From Candidatus Borrarchaeum weybense (lineage in GTDB: Archaea > Asgardarchaeota > Sifarchaeia > Borrarchaeales > Borrarchaeaceae), in assembly GCA_019057385.1 (NCBI GenBank), contig JAHQJS010000004.1, positions 662,508-681,546 of the forward strand: 19,039 bases of DNA, written 5' to 3'. Of the stretch, positions 14,220-19,039 are shown in pieces. The first letter of the stretch is position 1. Each line of letters starts with the position of its first letter. The notes under the pieces were generated by a model. That model ran no database searches and was not told where the DNA came from. It worked only from the letters and a program-made list of their open reading frames with translations. The translations under genes were made by a program, and so were the position numbers.

Positions 14220-15824
14220 ATTGCTATTTCGTTTGAAAGCCCCATTGTAATCACTAATGGCACGCTAATTGATGGAACAGGTAAATCACCTATCGAGAAC
14301 AGCGTTGTTGTCACTTTTGGATCCAAAATCCTTGATGTTGGATCTGCCAATGAAATAAATGTTCCAAAGGATGCTAAAGTTATTGATGCCAATGGCAAGA
14401 CTGTAATACCTTGTTTTATTGATTCCCATTCGCATTTCTTTTTAATGGGACTAAAGGTGCTCACTGAACTTGATCTGTCAATGACTAAGTCTATCTCTGA
14501 GGTCATGGAGAAGGTCAAAACAAAGGTAAATGAGTTGCCTGATGGAACCTGGCTCAAAGGTCATGGTTGGGATGAAAGTAACTGGACCGAGAAAAGATAT
14601 CCCACAAAGAAGGATATGGATCCAGTATCTCCTAATCATCCAGTTGTTCTTACACCATATTACTGGCATATGGTTACAGTGAATAGCCGTGCTCTCGAAC
14701 TAGCTAAGATTAATAAACAAACTCCAGATCCTCCTGGAGGAAAGATTGAGAGAGATCTGACAGGTGAAGCCTCTGGAGTGTTGAAAGAGGAAGCAATGAA
14801 GTTAATCGATAAAGCACAACCGCCATTAACTGAAACACTAGCAATGAAGGCTATAGAGAAGGCATGTGAGATCGTGTTACAATGGGGCTGCGCGAGTATT
14901 CACGAGTTAGCCTCAACTTCAAGTGATTTAAACACCTATCAAAAAGCTTTTGAAAAAGACCTTCTAAAGGTACGCTCATATGTCTTACCGGCGACACGGT
15001 ATATTGAGAATCTGTTAGATGGACTGGATACTCTCGGTATCAGAACTGGCTTTGGTAATGAATTTGTCAAACTAGGCTCTGTGAAAATCTGGTTTGACGG
15101 CGCAATGGGATCACATACAGCTGTATTTTCTGAACCCTATGCCGATGATCCGACAACAAGTGGATTATATACGATTTCTCCTGAGCAACTCAACTTAACT
15201 GTAGCAAGGGCACATAAAATAGGAATGCAAGTTGCTATTCATGCCATTGGCGATAAGGCAATCGAGGAGGCTCTTGATGCTATAGAAATAGCGGTTAAGG
15301 ATGAACCAAGAAAAGATCATCGTCACAGGATCGAACACTGTGAAGTCATCAACGAAGATCAAATACGAAGGATGAAGCGGCTAGGAGTCATTGCTGCAGT
15401 ACAGCCCAATTTCGTTGGAGAGTGGGAACATCCTGGAGGAATGTATGAGCAACGATTAGGTTTAGAACGCCTGAAACTCTGCAATCCGTTTAGGAATCTA
15501 ATCGATGAGGGGATTACTGTTACATTTGGAACTGACTGTGGCTATTGTCCACCCTTTCCCTTTAATCCTTTGTATGGTCTATGGTCCGCTATATGCCATC
15601 CTATAGAGGCGCATCGCATCACATTAGAGGAAGCTGTGAAATGTTATACGCTTAATGGTGCATACGCTTCCTTTGAGGAAAAAATAAAGGGATCAATTGA
15701 ACCAGGAAAACTTGCCGATATAGCGATTCTATCGGAGGACTTGACCGCAATAGATGCAGAAAGAATCAAAGATGTAAAGGCAGATCTGACGATGGTAGGT
15801 GGAAAGATTCAATGGCAAGCGTAA
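14220..15824 (+). CDS. Amidohydrolase_3 (YtcJ-like) metal-dependent hydrolase; 5' end uncertain (no canonical start codon)
   Basis: The track ORF 14445..15824 lacks the N-terminal metal site. The same frame is open back to 14211 and encodes ESPIVITNGTLIDGTGKSPIENSVVVTFGSKILDVGSANEINVPKDAKVIDANGKTVIPCFIDSHSHFF (HxH motif). A strong AAGGAGG lies at 14209-14215. The only in-frame initiator candidates are ATT 14220/14226 and CTG 14217. Confidence 0.75.
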   Translation: MAISFESPIVITNGTLIDGTGKSPIENSVVVTFGSKILDVGSANEINVPKDAKVIDANGKTVIPCFIDSHSHFFLMGLKVLTELDLSMTKSISEVMEKVKTKVNELPDGTWLKGHGWDESNWTEKRYPTKKDMDPVSPNHPVVLTPYYWHMVTVNSRALELAKINKQTPDPPGGKIERDLTGEASGVLKEEAMKLIDKAQPPLTETLAMKAIEKACEIVLQWGCASIHELASTSSDLNTYQKAFEKDLLKVRSYVLPATRYIENLLDGLDTLGIRTGFGNEFVKLGSVKIWFDGAMGSHTAVFSEPYADDPTTSGLYTISPEQLNLTVARAHKIGMQVAIHAIGDKAIEEALDAIEIAVKDEPRKDHRHRIEHCEVINEDQIRRMKRLGVIAAVQPNFVGEWEHPGGMYEQRLGLERLKLCNPFRNLIDEGITVTFGTDCGYCPPFPFNPLYGLWSAICHPIEAHRITLEEAVKCYTLNGAYASFEEKIKGSIEPGKLADIAILSEDLTAIDAERIKDVKADLTMVGGKIQWQA

Positions 15825-16265
15825 ATTAATCGGTCTAGTGTAGATAAAAACTGTGTTCACAATGTGACTAGTTCTGTTAAAATTTTGCGCGTGAATTTCA
15901 ATAACGCTCTTCATCGCTGGTCATCTTGCTCGCTAACGATGCGGACGGGCTTGATTGATAATATTTGGACTGTTAAACGGTTACAGATCGCGATTATTGC
16001 TTCTATCATCATCAAATCAAAAGGACTACCCAAAAGTTTACAGACACGAATAGATATATTTCCGGATATATTTGTATGTTTCTGAGTGATAATATATTTT
16101 TCAAAATCATCGAACTATAAGAGGGGTCTGGGAAATTGCAAATATTTCAGAAAGAAGTGAGCTTATTTATCTTAGCTTTCCTTCCCTTCCCCCCTTCTTT
16201 CTTTGAAAATTGTAATTAGTTCGCTTAATTGGAATAATTGGAATGCATTTAAAGGAGTGAAGGAA

Positions 16266-16721
16266 ATGTCTGAAAGACCAAAGGGTTTACGTCTTGTTAG
16301 TACCATACAATTCATTGGAGGAATCGCTGTTGCTGCTAGTTCTTCATTAGCCTTCTTCCTCGCAATATATTTGACACGCCGAATGATGTCAGATGTTTAT
16401 TGGTCCGATTATGACCTTATAGTAACGCCTAGATTTATACGATTTGCAACGATGTTCGGAATTACGCTACTTATTGTAGGCATTCTAGGGTGTATTACGG
16501 CATATGGACTTTGGAAACTCAAGCCTTGGGGCTTTTTTGGGTCAATAACTGCAAACGGTCTTATAATACCTGTATTTCTTTGGATAGGAGACCATTTGTT
16601 TGTAGAGTGGTTTGTTGGTTCGCCACTCCGGCCTTTTATTTGGATTATGATAGCTTCTTTACTCTGGATTCCGATAGTCTTTTTGGTATATCTATTCTTC
16701 ATCAGAGAACATTTCAAGTAA
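16266..16721 (+). CDS. small integral membrane protein (about 4 TM helices), unknown function
   Basis: The ATG at 16266 is preceded by AGGAGTGAAGGA. Hydrophobic segments include IGGIAVAASSSLAFFLAIYL, FGITLLIVGILGCITAYGLW, GFFGSITANGLIIPVFLWI and FIWIMIASLLWIPIVFLVYLFF. The track start at 16203 is probably too early. Confidence 0.6.
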   Translation: MSERPKGLRLVSTIQFIGGIAVAASSSLAFFLAIYLTRRMMSDVYWSDYDLIVTPRFIRFATMFGITLLIVGILGCITAYGLWKLKPWGFFGSITANGLIIPVFLWIGDHLFVEWFVGSPLRPFIWIMIASLLWIPIVFLVYLFFIREHFK

Positions 16722-16779
16722 TAACATAACTTTACCAACTGTTCTGGAGTTTATCTAAACAGACTAGGAGGGAAAATAG

Positions 16780-17448
16780 ATGGTGAGAAAAAAAGCAAAA
16801 GTTCTCATAAGTTTCATTAGTGCACTCATAGTTTTTCTCTTAGCTAGTACCGCAACAACAACAGTTGCGGCTGGAGACTGGGGGAATTTAAAGGTTCGCG
16901 ACGAAATAGAATGGAAAATAGTGCCAGATCCAGTAGACTTCCCTGACTTAGCAGTATATGTGGAATTAAAGATTACGGGTTTTAGGGAGGCAGACATGGC
17001 GTATAGATATAGTATGACTGCAGTTAATGATTCGTCCACCGATGTTATTCATACTGATGCTCAAGGCACGGCCGACGAGGAAGCATGGTATGTATTTTCA
17101 CAGAGTTACCTGCAAAAAATGAAAGCGTATGCAGAAGATGATCCGAATATGACATGGACAGAGACCGATTTTAATTGGAAGGGAACTAATTACAAGGCAT
17201 ACTACTTGAAACGAATTGATGATGGGGGTATCTTTGAAGGTTGGATGGATCAGGGCACGGGAATCTCCTTTGAAATATGGTGGACTATTGGCGGAACAAC
17301 TTATACATATGTTGAACTGGAGAGGACAACCGCCAATCTAACTGAAACTGAGGGATTGTGTCTAGGTACAATCCTTATTGCTTTCGTTTCTGTTTCAACA
17401 CTTGTCTCTTATAGCATTGCACGATATAAGAAAAAGAAAAGGACCTAA
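16780..17448 (+). CDS. type I membrane / surface protein (signal peptide, ectodomain, C-terminal TM anchor with KKKKR tail), unknown function
   Basis: 222-aa ORF with GGAGGG 8 nt upstream. It has an N-terminal KKAKVLISFISALIVFLLASTA and a C-terminal LCLGTILIAFVSVSTLVSYSIARYKKKKRT. Confidence 0.65.
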   Translation: MVRKKAKVLISFISALIVFLLASTATTTVAAGDWGNLKVRDEIEWKIVPDPVDFPDLAVYVELKITGFREADMAYRYSMTAVNDSSTDVIHTDAQGTADEEAWYVFSQSYLQKMKAYAEDDPNMTWTETDFNWKGTNYKAYYLKRIDDGGIFEGWMDQGTGISFEIWWTIGGTTYTYVELERTTANLTETEGLCLGTILIAFVSVSTLVSYSIARYKKKKRT

Positions 17449-17632
17449 GTCCACATTTCTTTTTTTCATCCATTTTAGTTACTCTAGGTATGGATACTGT
17501 CCTTGTTTAATCCAATTCTTCTATTCTAATAATCTCACTGTTGAGGTTGTTGTTGAGGTTTGGTCTAAATGAAGCTGTTTCCAAAGACGGTACAAAAAGA
17601 GAGGAAGTCATTAAAATAACGGAGGTGATCAG

Positions 17633-18466
17633 TTGAGGAAAATAGTTCAAACAATGTTATTAGTAATGTTACTTGCCACAGGCTTTTATTTAATTCCTCC
17701 TGTAAGTGCGTCCACAAGTGAAATAGGATTCAATTATACGTGGGAGGAAGAAACTGGCACTGAAATACACTTTAACTTTGTGTTTGATGTAACAACGACA
17801 AGCCCATCACTGCTGTTTGGTGGGACTGAACGCTTCCACATTGACCTTCAACCATCTCGTACAGAACTTAGTCTTGAGTTGGTAATGAATGGATACGGAT
17901 TCTGGGACGTAACCTTTGAGAGCGAAGCACCAATAGGAGAAGAGACATTTAGAATTGAAACACCAAGTTTGAGAGATCAATACGGAATAGAAGCGTTTTT
18001 GATTGGTGTTGATGGTACTCCTTATGTAAGTTATTCAGATGATGGGAGGCTTAGTGCAAGTGGAACATTAAGTTGGAATGATGCTGGTAGCAAATCATTC
18101 AGTGTAACCGCTCCATCAGGTATTGGTGATGGAGATATAAGAGCAACATGGCAATATGAATGGAAGGTTCGCTTTGGTTTGGATCTTGTAGGAATTGGAG
18201 ACCTTTTCAACGAGTGGAATGAAATGGGTGATTTAAAAAGTCCACGAATGCAAAACTATCATCTATATTACGGATTTGGCTGGCTTGTTGTTGTTCTTGT
18301 AATTATTGTGGCTATTCCAGTAGCACTGGTTATTAGAAGAAAGAGAAAACTCAAGCCAGAACTTGAAGCAGAACCAGAACCTTCAGAAATGTATTGCAGG
18401 TCTTGTGGAAAGCCTATTTCAACGACAAGTGAATATTGTAACTTCTGTGGGACAAAGGTTGAATAA
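17633..18466 (+). CDS. type I membrane protein with a cytoplasmic C-terminal zinc ribbon, unknown function
   Basis: 277-aa ORF with a TTG start 7 nt after GGAGGTG. It has a signal-like N-terminus, the TM segment GWLVVVLVIIVAIPVALVIRRKRK, an acidic PELEAEPEP linker, and then CRSCGKPISTTSEYCNFCG. Confidence 0.7.
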   Translation: MRKIVQTMLLVMLLATGFYLIPPVSASTSEIGFNYTWEEETGTEIHFNFVFDVTTTSPSLLFGGTERFHIDLQPSRTELSLELVMNGYGFWDVTFESEAPIGEETFRIETPSLRDQYGIEAFLIGVDGTPYVSYSDDGRLSASGTLSWNDAGSKSFSVTAPSGIGDGDIRATWQYEWKVRFGLDLVGIGDLFNEWNEMGDLKSPRMQNYHLYYGFGWLVVVLVIIVAIPVALVIRRKRKLKPELEAEPEPSEMYCRSCGKPISTTSEYCNFCGTKVE

Positions 18467-18542
18467 AAGGAGCAGAATTATGAACTGCTGAAGTTTAAGC
18501 CGACTCTTAGGCTCTAAAAATAGAAAAAGGACGGAAAATGAG

Positions 18543-18586
18543 AATCCTAATAGTGGACTCCCTAGAAGTTATGAGGGATTAGGATT
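18543..18586. other. imperfect inverted repeat (AATCCTAAT...ATTAGGATT with inner CCCT/AGGG)
   Basis: Read directly in the 343-bp gap between convergent genes. It has a 9-bp outer and a 4-bp inner stem with an 8-nt bulge. Function is unknown. Confidence 0.3.
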
Positions 18587-18720
18587 TAAAAATGAATCAA
18601 AGCTCTATGGCTCGTTAGATGGATCCCGGCCTGTATGTAAGTTTCACTTTCGTGTTAATACTTATTTCTGTCATTTTGTATACTTCAACACGCATCTAAG
18701 TTGATATTACTCTTTTATCA

Positions 18721-18755
18721 TTCATTTCTTTTCAAATGAAGTTATCTAGTTTTTT
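18721..18755 (+). terminator. A/U hairpin (TTCATTT-cttttc-AAATGAA) followed by a T6 tract
   Basis: Read directly: 18721-18740 hairpin, T6 at 18750-18755. It lies between convergent genes. The stem is weak (A/U only). Confidence 0.25.
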
Positions 18756-18809
18756 AAATTAAATTAGATAAAAAATAAATTCTATATTGGCAAGCACAAA
18801 ACTGATTCT

Positions 18810-19039
18810 CTATCCAAGCATGTACAAGCCTGCAAATGGTCGATGAGATACTGGTTTCACCACAATGAATTCCCCGTCTAATAGTTTTTCCAATGGTATA
18901 CCAAACAAAGTTGAAAACTTCTGTAGAGTAGATTCTACTTTTTTCATATCTTGTTCTTTTGCCACATGCATTTTTGTTCCAACACCGAGTTGGTCTTCAG
19001 TTACTTTTCCTCGAATGAAGATTTTTCCGCCATGCATTC
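18810..19039 (-). CDS. C-terminal end of a GXGXG-domain (glutamate synthase alpha-subunit C-terminal domain / FwdC-like) protein; partial, open at the window edge
   Basis: The frame is open to position 19039. GGKIFIRGKV....EQDMKKVESTLQKFSTLFGIPLEKLLDGEFIVVKP resembles the tail of GltB domain-3-type proteins (GGxIxVxG ... F.KV.P). Confidence 0.5.
   Translation of the reverse strand, partial: MHGGKIFIRGKVTEDQLGVGTKMHVAKEQDMKKVESTLQKFSTLFGIPLEKLLDGEFIVVKPVSHRPFAGLYMLG

Noticed and set aside
15864-16085. 73-aa GTG-start ORF and overlapping minus-strand ORF 15729..15914 in the amidohydrolase downstream spacer
   Set aside because: There is no SD and no recognisable domain, and reading through the flanking TGAs gives nothing protein-like. 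The region is slightly GC-richer and could be a gene remnant, but I cannot support a call.
1-19039. CRISPR arrays, transposases/IS elements, integrases, tRNA/rRNA genes, and toxin-antitoxin or other recognisable defence systems
   Set aside because: I found none. There are no spaced direct-repeat arrays, no terminal inverted repeats flanking a transposase-like ORF, and no tRNA-like GC-rich cloverleaf segments (the GGTTCAATAGG around 9934 has no complementary T-stem). This was a visual scan only, so short or degenerate elements could have been missed.

Overview
This is an AT-rich window, roughly 36-50% GC in my hand-counted samples. It is archaeal, because it encodes a tRNA-splicing endonuclease (EndA), and most starts are preceded by GGAGG/GAGGT Shine-Dalgarno-like motifs. 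A single-propeller WD40 protein, a classical C2H2 zinc finger and Sec usage make an Asgard/Lokiarchaeia-like origin plausible but unproven.

Most of the window is housekeeping or metabolic:
- a DUF47/PhoU-like protein, EndA and a CYTH-domain protein
- an acetamidase/formamidase and a membrane polyferredoxin
- a minus-strand run of an IlvD/Edd dehydratase, a DapA-family aldolase and a cyclase-family hydrolase
- an NADP/F420-type oxidoreductase and an Amidohydrolase_3 enzyme
- three membrane or secreted proteins, and a partial GXGXG-domain gene at the 3' edge

The standout lies at 10.66-11.9 kb on the minus strand. Two tandem paralogous thioredoxin-fold (Prx-like) genes appear in the ORF track only as C-terminal fragments. 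They are in fact intact except for in-frame TGA codons that fall exactly on the redox-motif cysteines: U-P-Y-C in one copy and U-G-H-U in the other. Each gene is followed by a ~75-nt 3'-UTR block that is far better conserved (~93%) than the coding sequences (~50% aa). This block folds into the same three-way-junction RNA in both copies.

I interpret these as a selenoprotein pair (UxxC and a rare diselenide-type UxxU) with candidate archaeal 3'-UTR SECIS elements.

Other points worth a second look:
- an amidohydrolase whose metal-binding N-terminus has no canonical start codon
- a coiled-coil/proline-rich protein with a WH2-like tail
- a sub-threshold zinc-ribbon gene
- a repeated 12-mer in a 0.5-kb non-coding stretch
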